Both the position numbers and the translations under genes were made by a program. Below, piece after piece: positions 39,037 through 51,000 of a stretch of 64,000 nt of DNA. The notes beneath the pieces were generated by a model. The model was not told where the DNA came from. It searched no databases and saw only the letters and a program-made list of their open reading frames with translations. How positions within the stretch are numbered: the stretch's first letter is position 1; each line of letters begins with the position of its first letter. Source of the DNA: Eledone cirrhosa (lineage: Eukaryota); contig OZ024743.1 of assembly GCA_964016885.1 (NCBI GenBank), positions 201,252,001 through 201,316,000 on the forward strand, in the 5' to 3' direction.

Positions 39037-42000
39037 GCTGTTGTTGTGGTGGTGCTGTTGTTGTTGGTGGTGGTGCTGTTGTTGTTGGTGGTGCTGTTGT
39101 TGGTGGTGGTGTTGTTGTTGGTGGTGGTGTTGTTGTTGGTGGTGCTGTGGTTGGTGGTGGTGCTGTTGTTGTTGGTGGTGCTGTTGTTGGTGGTGGTGCT
39201 GTTGTTGGTGGTGGTGCTGTTGTTGGTGGTGGTGCTGTTGTTAGTGGTGGTGTTGTTGTTGGTGGTGGTGTTGTTGTTGGTGGTGCTGTGGTTGGTGGTG
39301 GTGGTGGTGTTGTTGGTGGTGGTGTTGTTGTTGGTGGTGCTGTTGTTGGTGGTGTTGTTGTTGTTGTGGTGGTGCTGTTGTTGTTGTGGTGGTGCTGTTG
39401 TTGTTGGTGGTGGTGCTGTTGTTGTTGGTGGTGCTGTTGTTGTTGGTGGTGCTGTTGTTGGTGGTGCTGTTGTTGGTGGTGGTGCTGTTGTTGGTGGTGG
39501 TGCTGTTGTTGGTGGTGGTGCTGTTGTCGGTGGTGGTGGGGCTGTTGTTGGTGGTGGTGCTGTTGTTGATGTTGGTGTTGCTGTTGTTGGTGGTGGGGCT
39601 GTTGTTGTTGGTGGTGCTGTTGTTGTTGGTGGTGCTGTTGTTGGTGGTGCTGTTGTTGGTGGTGGTGCTGTTATTGTTGGTGGTGCTGTTGTTGTTGGTG
39701 GTGGTGTTGTTGGTGGTGCTGTTGTTGGTGGTGGTGCTGTTGTTGTTGGTGGTGGTGCTGTTGATGGTGGTGTTGTTGTTGGTGGTGGTGCTGTTGATGG
39801 TGGGGCTGTTGTTGGTGGTGGTGCTGTTGTCGGTGGTGGTGGGGCTGTTGTTGGTGGTGGTGCTGTTGTTGATGTTGGTGTTGCTGTTGTTGTTGGTGGG
39901 GCTGTTGTTGTTGGTGGTGCTGTTGTTGTTGGTGGTGCTGTTGTTGGTGGTGGTGCTGTTATTGTTGGTGGTGCTGTTGTTGTTGGTGGTGGTGTTGTTG
40001 GTGGTGCTGTTGTTGGTGGTGGTGCTGTTGTTGTTGGTGGTGGTGCTGTTGATGGTGGTGTTGTTGTTGGTGGTGGTGCTGTTGATGGTGGGGCTGTTGT
40101 TGGTGGTGGTGCTGTTGTTGATGTTGGTGGTGCTGTTGTTGTTGGTGGTGCTGTTGTTGTTGGTGGTGTTGTTGTTGGTGGTGCTGTTGTTGGTGGTGGT
40201 GCTGTTGGTGGTGGTGCTGTTGTTGGTGGTGCTGTTGTTGGTGGTGGTGCTGTTGTTGTTGGTGGTGCTGTTGTTGGTGGTGCTGTTGTTGTTGGTGGTG
40301 CTGTTGTTGTTGGTGGTGGTGCTGTTGTTGTTGGTGGTGCTGTTGTTGGTGGTGCTGTTGGTGGTGGTGGTGCTGTTGTTGTTGGTGGTGCTGTTGTTGT
40401 TGGTGGTGTTGTTGTTGTTGGTGGTGCTGTTGGTGGTGGTGCTGTTGTTGGTGGTAGTGCTGTTGTTGGTGGTGCTGTTGTTGGTGGTGGTGCTGTTGTT
40501 GTTGGTGGTGCTGTTGTTGGTGGTGGGGCTGTTGTTGGTGGTGGTGCTGTTGTTGGTGGTGCTGTTGTTGGTGGTGGTGCTGTTGTTGTTGGTGGTGCTG
40601 TTGTTGTTGGTGGTGGTGCTGTTGTTGTTGGTGGTGCTGTTGTTGGTGGTGCTGTTGTTGGTGGTGGTGCTGTTGTTGGTGGTGGTGTTGTTGTTGGTGG
40701 TGGTGCTGTTGTTGGTGATGCTGTTGTTGGTGGTGGTGCTGTTGTTGGTGGTGGTGTTGCTGTTGGTGGTGGTGCTGTTGGTGGTGGTGCTGTTGTTGGT
40801 GGTGGTGCTGTTGTTGGTGGTGCTGTTGTTGGTGGTGGTGCTGTTGTTGGTGGTGGTGCTGTTGTTGGTGGTGGTGCTGTTGTTGGTGGTGGTGCTGTTG
40901 TTGGTGGTGGAGCTGTTGTTGGTGGTGCTGTTGTTGTTGGTGGTGCTGTTGTTGATATTGGTGGTGTTATTGTTGGTGGTGCTGTTGTTGGTGGTGGTGC
41001 TGTTGTTGGTGGTGCTGTTGTTGTTGGTGGTGCTGTTGTTGGTAATGGTGCTGTTGTTGTTGGTGGTGCTGTTGTTGGTGGTGGTGCTGTTGTTGGTAAT
41101 GGTGCTGTTGTTGTTGGTGGTGCTGTTGTTGGTAATGGTGCTGTTGTTGTTGGTGGTGCTGTTGTTGGTAATGGTGCTGTTGTTGGTGGTGGTGCTGTTG
41201 TTGGTAATGGTGCTGTTGTTGTTGGTGGTGCTGTTGTTGGTAATGGTGCTGTTGTTGGTGGTGGTGCTGTTGTTGGTGGTGGTGCTGTTGTTGTTGGTGT
41301 TGCTGTTGTTGTTGGTGGGGCTGTTGTTGGTAATGGTGCTGTTGTTGGTGGTGGTGCTGTTGTTGGTAATGGTGCTGTTGTTGGTGGTGGTGCTGTTGTT
41401 GGTGGTGGTGCTGTTGTTGTTGGTGTTGCTGTTGTTGTTGGTGGGGCTGTTGTTGTTGGTGGTGCTGTTGTTGGTGGTGGTGCTGTTGTTGGTGGTGGTG
41501 CTGTTGTTGTTGGTGTTGCTGTTGTTGTTGGTGGGGCTGTTGTTGTTGGTGGTGCTGTTGTTGGTGGTGGTGCTGTTGTTGTTGGTGGTGCTGTTGTTGG
41601 TGGTGGTGCTGTTGTTGGTGGTGGTGCTGTTGTTGGTGGTGGGGCTGTTGTTGGTGGTGGTGCTGTTGTTGGTGGTGGGGCTGTTGTTGGTGGTGGTGGT
41701 GTTGTTGTTGGTGGTGCTGTTGTTGGTGGTGGTGCTGTTGTTGTTGGTGGGGCTGTTGTTGTTGGTGGTGCTGTTGTTGTTGGTGGTGCTGTTGTTGGTG
41801 GTGGTGCTGTTGTTGGTGGTGGTGCTGTTGTTGGTGGTGGGGCTGTTGTTGGTGGTGGTGCTGTTGTTGGTGGTGGGGCTGTTGTTGGTGGTGGTGGTGT
41901 TGTTGTTGGTGGTGCTGTTGTTGTTGGTGTTGCTGTTGTTTTTGGTGGGGCTGTTGTTGTTGGTGGTGCTGTTGTTGGTGGTGGTGCCGTTGTTGGTGGT

Positions 42001-45000
42001 GGGGCTGTTGTTGGTGGTGGTGCTGTTGTTGGTGGTGGGGCTGTTGTTGGTGGTGGTGGTGTTGTTGTTGGTGGTGCTGTTGTTGGTGGTGGTGCTGTTG
42101 TTGTTGGTGTTGCTGTTGTTGTTGGTGGTGCTGTTGTTGGTGGTGGTGCTGTTGGTGGTGGTGCTGTTGTTGGTGGTGGTGCTGTTGTTGTTGGTGGTGC
42201 TGTTGTGGGTGGTGGTGCTGTTGTTGGTGGTGGTGCTGTTGTTGTTGGTGGTGCTGTTGTTGGTGGTGGTGGTGTTGTTGGTGGTGCTGTTGTTGGTGGT
42301 GGTGCTGTTGTTGGTGGTGGTGTTGTTCTTGTTGGTGGTGCTGTTGTTGGTGGTGGTGCTGTTGTTGGTGGTGGTGGTGTTGTTGTTGGTGGTGCTGTTG
42401 TTGTTGGTGGTGCTGTTGTTGGTGGTGCTGTTGTTGGTGGTGGTGGTGGTGTTGTTGGTGGTGGTGCTGTTGTTGGTGGTGGAGCTGTTGTTGGTGGTGG
42501 TGCTGTTGTTGGTGGTGGTGGTGCTGTTGTTGGTGGTGCTGTTGTTGGTGGTGCTGCTGTGGTTGGTGGTGCTGTTGTTGTTGTTGGTGGTGCTGTTGTT
42601 GGTGGTGCTGCTGTGGTTGGTGGTGCTGTTGTTGTTGGTGGTGGTGCTGTTGTTGTTGGTGGTGCTGTTGTTGTTGGTGGTGGTGCTGTTGTTGTTGGTG
42701 GTGCTGTTGTGTTGGTGGTGCTGTTGTTGTTGGTGGTGCTGTTGTTGTTGGTGGTGCTGTTGTGGGTGGTGGTGCTGTTGTTGGTGGTACTGTTGTTGGT
42801 GGTGGTGGTGTTGTTGGTGGTGCTGTTGTTGGTGGTGGTGCTGTTGTTGGTGGTGCTGTTATTGGTGGTGGTGCTGTTGTTGGTGGTGGTGATGTTGTTG
42901 TTGGTGGTGCTGTTGTTGGTGGTGGTGCTGTTGTTGGTGGTGGTGCTGTTGTTGGTGGTGCTGTTGTTGGTGGTGGTGCTGTTGTTGGTGGTGGTGCTGT
43001 TGTTGTTGGTGGTGCTGTTGTTGGTGGTGGTGCTGTTGTTGGTGGTGGTGTTGTTGTTGTTGGTGGTGCTGTTGTTGTTGGTGGTGCTGTTGTTGTTGGT
43101 GGTGCTGTTGTTGTGGGTGGTGGTGCTGTTGTTGGTAATGGTGCTGTTGTTGTTGGTGGTGCTGTTGTTGGTGGTGCTGTTGTTGGTGGTGCTGTTGTTG
43201 GTGGTGGTGCTGTTGTTGGCGGTGCTGTTGTTGGTGGTGGTGGTGTTGGTGGTGGTGCTGTTGTTGGTGGTGGTGCTGTTGTTGGTGGTGCTGTTGTTGG
43301 TGGTGGTGCTGTTGTTGTTGGTGGTGCTGTTGTTGGTGGTGGTGCTGTTGTTGGTGGTGGTGCTGTTGTTGTTGGTGGTGCTGTTGTTGGTGGTGGAGCT
43401 GTTGTTGGTGGTGCTGTGGTTGGTGGTGGTGCTGTTGTTGTTGGTGGGGCTGTTGTGGTTGGTGGGGCTGTTGTTGGTGGTGGTGCTGTTGTTGGTGGTG
43501 GTGCTGTTGTTGGTGGTGCTGTTGTTGGTGGTGGTGCTGTTGTTGGTGGTGGTGCTGTTGTTGGTGGTGGTGGTGCTGTTGTTGGTGGTGGTGTTGTTGT
43601 TGTTGGTGGTGCTGTTGTTGGTGGTGGTGCTGTTGTTGGTGGTGGTGCTGTTGTTGGTGGTGCTGTTGTTGGTGGTGGTGCTGTTGTTGGTGGTGGTGCT
43701 GTTGTTGGTGGTGCTGTTGTTGTTGGTGGTGCTGTTGTTGTTGGTGGTGCTGTTGTTGGTGGTGGTGCTGTTGTTGGTGGTGGGGCTGTTGTTGGTGGTG
43801 GTGCTGTTGTTGTTGGTGTTGCTGTTGTTGTTGGTGGGGCTGTTGTTGGTGGTGGGGCTGTTGTTGGTGGTGGTGCTGTTGTTGGTGGTGGTGCTGTTGT
43901 TGTTGGTGGTGCTGTTGTTGTTGGTGGTGCTGTTGTTGTGGGTGGTGGTGCTGTTGTTGTTGGTGGTGCTGTTGTTGGTAATGGTGCTGTTGTTGTTGGT
44001 GGTGCTGTTGTTGGTGGTGCTGTTGTTGGTGGTGCTGTTGTTGGTGGTGGTGCTGTTGTTGGCGGTGCTGTTGTTGGTGGTGGTGGTGTTGGTGGTGGTG
44101 CTGTTGTTGGTGGTGGTGCTGTTGTTGGTGGTGGTGCTGTTGTTGGTGGTGGTGCTGTTGTTGTTGGTGGTGCTGTTGTTGTTGGTGGTGCTGTTGTTGG
44201 TGGTGGTGCTGTTGTTGGTGGTGGTGCTGTAGTTGTTGGTGGTGCTGTTGTTGGTGGTGGAGCTGTTGTTGGTGGTGCTGTGGTTGGTGGTGGTGCTGTT
44301 GTTGTTGGTGGGGCTGTTGTTGTTGGTGGGGCTGTTGTTGGTGGTGGTGCTGTTGTTGGTGGTGCTGTTGTTGGTGGTGCTGTTGTTGTTGGTGGGGCTG
44401 TTGTTGTTGGTGGTGCTGTTGTTGTTGGTGGTGCTGTTGTTGTTGGTGGTGCTGTTGTTGGTGGGGCTGTTGTTGTTGGTGGTGCTGTTGTTGGTGGTGC
44501 TGTTGTTGGTGGTGGTGCTGTTGTTGGTGGGGCTGTTGTTGTTGGTGGTGCTGTTGTTGGTGGTGCTGTTGTTGTTGGTGGGGCTGTTGTTGGTGGTGGT
44601 GTTGTTGTTGGTGGTGGGGCTGTTGTTGGTGGTGCTGTTGTTGTTGGTGGGGCTGTTGTTGGTGGTGCTGTTGTTGTTGGTGGTGCTGTTGTTGGTGGTG
44701 GTGCTGTTGTTGTTGGTGGTGCTGTTGTTGTTGGTGGTGCTGTTGTTGGTGGTGCTGTTGTTGGTGGTGGTGCTGTTGTTGGTGGTGGGGCTGTTGTTGG
44801 TGGTGCTGTTGTTGTTGGTGGTGCTGTTGTTGTTGGTGGGGCTGTTGTTGTTGGTGGTGCTGTTGTTGTTGGTGGTGCTGTTGTTGTTGGTGGTGCTGTT
44901 GTTGTTGGTGGTGCTGTTGTTGTTGTTGGTGCTGTTGTTGTTGGTGGTGCTGTTGTTGTTGGTGGTGGTGCTGTTGTTGGTGGTGGTGCTGTTGTTGGTA

Positions 45001-48000
45001 GTGGTGCTGTTGTTGTTGGTGGTGCTGTTGTTGGTGGTGGTGGTGTTGTTGGTGGTGATGCTGTTGGTGGTGGTGCTGTTGTTGGTGGTGGTGCTGTTGT
45101 TGTTGGTGGTGCTGTTGTTGTTGGTGGTGCTGTTGTGGGTGGTGGTGCTGTTGTTGGTGGTGGTGCTGTTGTTGTTGGTGGTGCTGTTGTTGGTGGTGGT
45201 GGTGTTGTTGGTGGTGCTGTTGTTGGTGGTAGTGCTGTTGTTGGTGGTGGTGTTGTTCTTGTTGGTGGTGCTGTTGTTGGTGGTGGTGCTGTTGTTGGTG
45301 GTGGTGGTGTTGTTGTTGGTGGTGCTGTTGTTGTTGGTGGTGCTGTTGTTGGTGGTGCTGTTGTTGTTGGTGGTGCTGTTGTTGGTGGTGGTGGTGGTGT
45401 TGTTGGTGGTGGTGCTGTTGTTGGTGGTGGAGCTGTTGTTGGTGGTGGTGCTGTTGTTGGTGGTGGTGGTGCTGTTGTTGGTGGTGCTGTTGTTGGTGGT
45501 GCTGCTGTGGTTGGTGGTGCTGTTGTTGTTGTTGGTGGTGCTGTTGTTGGTGGTACTGCTGTGGTTGGTGGTGCTGTTGTTGTTGGTGGTGGTGCTGTTG
45601 TTGTTGGTGGTGCTGTTGTTGTTGGTGGTGGTGCTGTTGTTGTTGGTGGTGCTGTTGTGTTGGTGGTGCTGTTGTTGTTGGTGGTGCTGTTGTTGTTGGT
45701 GGTGCTGTTGTGGGTGGTGGTGCTGTTGTTGGTGGTGCTGTTGTTGGTGGTGGTGGTGTTGTTGGTGGTGCTGTTGTTGGTGGTGGTGCTGTTGTTGGTG
45801 GTGCTGTTGTTGGTGGTGGTGCTGTTGTTGGTGGTGGTGATGTTGTTGTTGGTGGTGCTGTTGTTAGTGGTGGTGCTGTTGTTGGTGGTGGTGCTGTTGT
45901 TGGTGGTGCTGTTGTTGGTGGTGGTGCTGTTGTTGGTGGTGGTGCTGTTGTTGTTGGTGGTGCTGTTGTTGGTGGTGGTGCTGTTGTTGGTGGTGGTGCT
46001 GTTGTTGTTGGTGGTGCTGTTGTTGTTGGTGGTGCTGTTGTTGTGGGTGGTGGTGCTGTTGTTGGTGGTGGTGCTGTTGTTGGTAATGGTGCTGTTGTTG
46101 TTGGTGGTGCTGTTGTTGGTGGTGGTGCTGTTGTTGGTGGTGGTGCTGTTGTTGGTGGTGCTGTTGTTGGTGGTGGTGCTGTTGTTGGTGGTGGTGCTGT
46201 TGTTGTTGGTGGTGCTGTTGTTGGTGGTGGTGCTGTTGTTGGTGGTGGTGCTGTTGTTGTTGGTGGTGCTGTTGTTGTTGGTGGTGCTGTTGTTGTTGGT
46301 GGTGCTGTTGTTGTGGGTGGTGGTGCTGTTGTTGGTAATGGTGCTGTTGTTGTTGGTGGTGCTGTTGTTGGTGGTGCTGTTGTTGGTGGTGCTGTTGTTG
46401 GTGGTGGTGCTGTTGTTGGCGGTGCTGTTGTTGGTGGTGGTGGTGTTGGTGGTGGTGCTGTTGTTGGTGGTGGTGCTGTTGTTGGTGGTGCTGTTGTTGG
46501 TGGTGGTGCTGTTGTTGTTGGTGGTGCTGTTGTTGGTGGTGGTGCTGTTGTTGGTGGTGGTGCTGTTGTTGTTGGTGGTGCTGTTGTTGGTGGTGGAGCT
46601 GTTGTTGGTGGTGCTGTGGTTGGTGGTGGTGCTGTTGTTGTTGGTGGGGCTGTTGTTGTTGGTGGGGCTGTTGTTGGTGGTGGTGCTGTTGTTGGTGGTG
46701 GTGCTGTTGTTGGTGGTGCTGTTGTTGGTGGTGGTGCTGTTGTTGGTGGTGGTGCTGTTGTTGGTGGTGGTGGTGCTGTTGTTGGTGGTGGTGTTGTTGT
46801 TGTTGGTGGTGCTGTTGTTGGTGGTGGTGCTGTTGTTGGTGGTGGTGCTGTTGTTGGTGGTGCTGTTGTTGGTGGTGGTGCTGTTGTTGGTGGTGGTGCT
46901 GTTGTTGGTGGTGCTGTTGTTGTTGGTGGTGCTGTTGTTGTTGGTGGTGCTGTTGTTGGTGGTGGTGCTGTTGTTGGTGGTGGGGCTGTTGTTGGTGGTG
47001 GTGCTGTTGTTGTTGGTGTTGCTGTTGTTGTTGGTGGGGCTGTTGTTGGTGGTGGGGCTGTTGTTGGTGGTGGTGCTGTTGTTGGTGGTGGTGCTGTTGT
47101 TGTTGGTGGTGCTGTTGTTGTTGGTGGTGCTGTTGTTGTGGGTGGTGGTGCTGTTGTTGGTGGTGGTGCTGTTGTTGGTAATGGTGCTGTTGTTGTTGGT
47201 GGTGCTGTTGTTGGTGGTGCTGTTGTTGGTGGTGCTGTTGTTGGTGGTGGTGCTGTTGTTGGCGGTGCTGTTGTTGGTGGTGGTGGTGTTGGTGGTGGTG
47301 CTGTTGTTGGTGGTGGTGCTGTTGTTGGTGGTGGTGCTGTTGTTGGTGGTGGTGCTGTTGTTGTTGGTGGTGCTGTTGTTGTTGGTGGTGCTGTTGTTGG
47401 TGGTGGTGCTGTTGTTGGTGGTGGTGCTGTAGTTGTTGGTGGTGCTGTTGTTGGTGGTGGAGCTGTTGTTGGTGGTGCTGTGGTTGGTGGTGGTGCTGTT
47501 GTTGTTGGTGGGGCTGTTGTTGTTGGTGGGGCTGTTGTTGGTGGTGGTGCTGTTGTTGGTGGTGCTGTTGTTGGTGGTGCTGTTGTTGTTGGTGGGGCTG
47601 TTGTTGTTGGTGGTGCTGTTGTTGTTGGTGGTGCTGTTGTTGTTGGTGGTGCTGTTGTTGGTGGGGCTGTTGTTGTTGGTGGTGCTGTTGTTGGTGGTGC
47701 TGTTGTTGGTGGTGGTGCTGTTGTTGGTGGGGCTGTTGTTGTTGGTGGTGCTGTTGTTGGTGGTGCTGTTGTTGTTGGTGGGGCTGTTGTTGGTGGTGGT
47801 GTTGTTGTTGGTGGTGGGGCTGTTGTTGGTGGTGCTGTTGTTGTTGGTGGGGCTGTTGTTGGTGGTGCTGTTGTTGTTGGTGGTGCTGTTGTTGGTGGTG
47901 GTGCTGTTGTTGTTGGTGGTGCTGTTGTTGTTGGTGGTGCTGTTGTTGGTGGTGCTGTTGTTGGTGGTGGTGCTGTTGTTGGTGGTGGGGCTGTTGTTGG

Positions 48001-51000
48001 TGGTGCTGTTGTTGTTGGTGGTGCTGTTGTTGTTGGTGGGGCTGTTGTTGTTGGTGGTGCTGTTGTTGTTGGTGGTGCTGTTGTTGTTGGTGGTGCTGTT
48101 GTTGTTGGTGGTGCTGTTGTTGTTGTTGGTGCTGTTGTTGTTGGTGGTGCTGTTGTTGTTGGTGGTGGTGCTGTTGTTGGTGGTGGTGCTGTTGTTGGTA
48201 GTGGTGCTGTTGTTGTTGGTGGTGCTGTTGTTGGTGGTGGTGGTGTTGTTGGTGGTGATGCTGTTGGTGGTGGTGCTGTTGTTGGTGGTGGTGCTGTTGT
48301 TGTTGGTGGTGCTGTTGTTGTTGGTGGTGCTGTTGTGGGTGGTGGTGCTGTTGTTGGTGGTGGTGCTGTTGTTGTTGGTGGTGCTGTTGTTGGTGGTGGT
48401 GGTGTTGTTGGTGGTGCTGTTGTTGGTGGTGGTGCTGTTGTTGGTGGTGGTGTTGTTCTTGTTGGTGGTGCTGTTGTTGGTGGTGGTGCTGTTGTTGGTG
48501 GTGGTGGTGTTGTTGTTGGTGGTGCTGTTGTTGTTGGTGGTGCTGTTGTTGGTGGTGCTGTTGTTGTTGGTGGTGCTGTTGTTGGTGGTGGTGGTGGTGT
48601 TGTTGGTGGTGGTGCTGTTGTTGGTGGTGGAGCTGTTGTTGGTGGTGGTGCTGTTGTTGGTGGTGGTGGTGCTGTTGTTGGTGGTGCTGTTGTTGGTGGT
48701 GCTGCTGTGGTTGGTGGTGCTGTTGTTGTTGTTGGTGGTGCTGTTGTTGGTGGTACTGCTGTGGTTGGTGGTGCTGTTGTTGTTGGTGGTGGTGCTGTTG
48801 TTGTTGGTGGTGCTGTTGTTGTTGGTGGTGGTGCTGTTGTTGTTGGTGGTGCTGTTGTGTTGGTGGTGCTGTTGTTGTTGGTGGTGCTGTTGTTGTTGGT
48901 GGTGCTGTTGTGGGTGGTGGTGCTGTTGTTGGTGGTGCTGTTGTTGGTGGTGGTGGTGTTGTTGGTGGTGCTGTTGTTGGTGGTGGTGCTGTTGTTGGTG
49001 GTGCTGTTGTTGGTGGTGGTGCTGTTGTTGGCGGTGCTGTTGTTGGTGGTGGTGGTGTTGGTGGTGGTGCTGTTGTTGGTGGTGGTGCTGTTGTTGGTGG
49101 TGGTGCTGTTGTTGGTGGTGGTGCTGTTGTTGTTGGTGGTGCTGTTGTTGTTGGTGGTGCTGTTGTTGGTGGTGGTGCTGTTGTTGGTGGTGGTGCTGTA
49201 GTTGTTGGTGGTGCTGTTGTTGGTGGTGGAGCTGTTGTTGGTGGTGCTGTGGTTGGTGGTGGTGCTGTTGTTGTTGGTGGGGCTGTTGTTGTTGGTGGGG
49301 CTGTTGTTGGTGGTGGTGCTGTTGTTGGTGGTGCTGTTGTTGGTGGTGCTGTTGTTGTTGGTGGGGCTGTTGTTGTTGGTGGTGCTGTTGTTGTTGGTGG
49401 TGCTGTTGTTGTTGGTGGTGCTGTTGTTGGTGGGGCTGTTGTTGTTGGTGGTGCTGTTGTTGGTGGTGCTGTTGTTGGTGGTGGTGCTGTTGTTGGTGGG
49501 GCTGTTGTTGTTGGTGGTGCTGTTGTTGGTGGTGCTGTTGTTGTTGGTGGGGCTGTTGTTGGTGGTGGTGTTGTTGTTGGTGGTGGGGCTGTTGTTGGTG
49601 GTGCTGTTGTTGTTGGTGGGGCTGTTGTTGGTGGTGCTGTTGTTGTTGGTGGTGCTGTTGTTGGTGGTGGTGCTGTTGTTGTTGGTGGTGCTGTTGTTGT
49701 TGGTGGTGCTGTTGTTGGTGGTGCTGTTGTTGGTGGTGGTGCTGTTGTTGGTGGTGGGGCTGTTGTTGGTGGTGCTGTTGTTGTTGGTGGTGCTGTTGTT
49801 GTTGGTGGGGCTGTTGTTGTTGGTGGTGCTGTTGTTGTTGGTGGTGCTGTTGTTGTTGGTGGTGCTGTTGTTGTTGGTGGTGCTGTTGTTGTTGTTGGTG
49901 CTGTTGTTGTTGGTGGTGCTGTTGTTGTTGGTGGTGGTGCTGTTGTTGGTGGTGGTGCTGTTGTTGGTAGTGGTGCTGTTGTTGTTGGTGGTGCTGTTGT
50001 TGGTGGTGGTGGTGTTGTTGGTGGTGATGCTGTTGGTGGTGGTGCTGTTGTTGGTGGTGGTGCTGTTGTTGTTGGTGGTGCTGTTGTTGTTGGTGGTGCT
50101 GTTGTGGGTGGTGGTGCTGTTGTTGGTGGTGGTGCTGTTGTTGTTGGTGGTGCTGTTGTTGGTGGTGGTGGTGTTGTTGGTGGTGCTGTTGTTGGTGGTG
50201 GTGCTGTTGTTGGTGGTGGTGTTGTTCTTGTTGGTGGTGCTGTTGTTGGTGGTGGTGCTGTTGTTGGTGGTGGTGGTGTTGTTGTTGGTGGTGCTGTTGT
50301 TGTTGGTGGTGCTGTTGTTGGTGGTGCTGTTGTTGTTGGTGGTGCTGTTGTTGGTGGTGGTGGTGGTGTTGTTGGTGGTGGTGCTGTTGTTGGTGGTGGA
50401 GCTGTTGTTGGTGGTGGTGCTGTTGTTGGTGGTGGTGGTGCTGTTGTTGGTGGTGCTGTTGTTGGTGGTGCTGCTGTGGTTGGTGGTGCTGTTGTTGTTG
50501 TTGGTGGTGCTGTTGTTGGTGGTACTGCTGTGGTTGGTGGTGCTGTTGTTGTTGGTGGTGGTGCTGTTGTTGTTGGTGGTGCTGTTGTTGTTGGTGGTGG
50601 TGCTGTTGTTGTTGGTGGTGCTGTTGTGTTGGTGGTGCTGTTGTTGTTGGTGGTGCTGTTGTTGTTGGTGGTGCTGTTGTGGGTGGTGGTGCTGTTGTTG
50701 GTGGTGCTGTTGTTGGTGGTGGTGGTGTTGTTGGTGGTGCTGTTGTTGGTGGTGGTGCTGTTGTTGGTGGTGCTGTTGTTGGTGGTGGTGCTGTTGTTGG
50801 TGGTGGTGATGTTGTTGTTGGTGGTGCTGTTGTTAGTGGTGGTGCTGTTGTTGGTGGTGGTGCTGTTGTTGGTGGTGCTGTTGTTGGTGGTGGTGCTGTT
50901 GTTGGTGGTGGTGCTGTTGTTGTTGGTGGTGCTGTTGTTGGTGGTGGTGCTGTTGTTGGTGGTGGTGCTGTTGTTGTTGGTGGTGCTGTTGTTGTTGGTG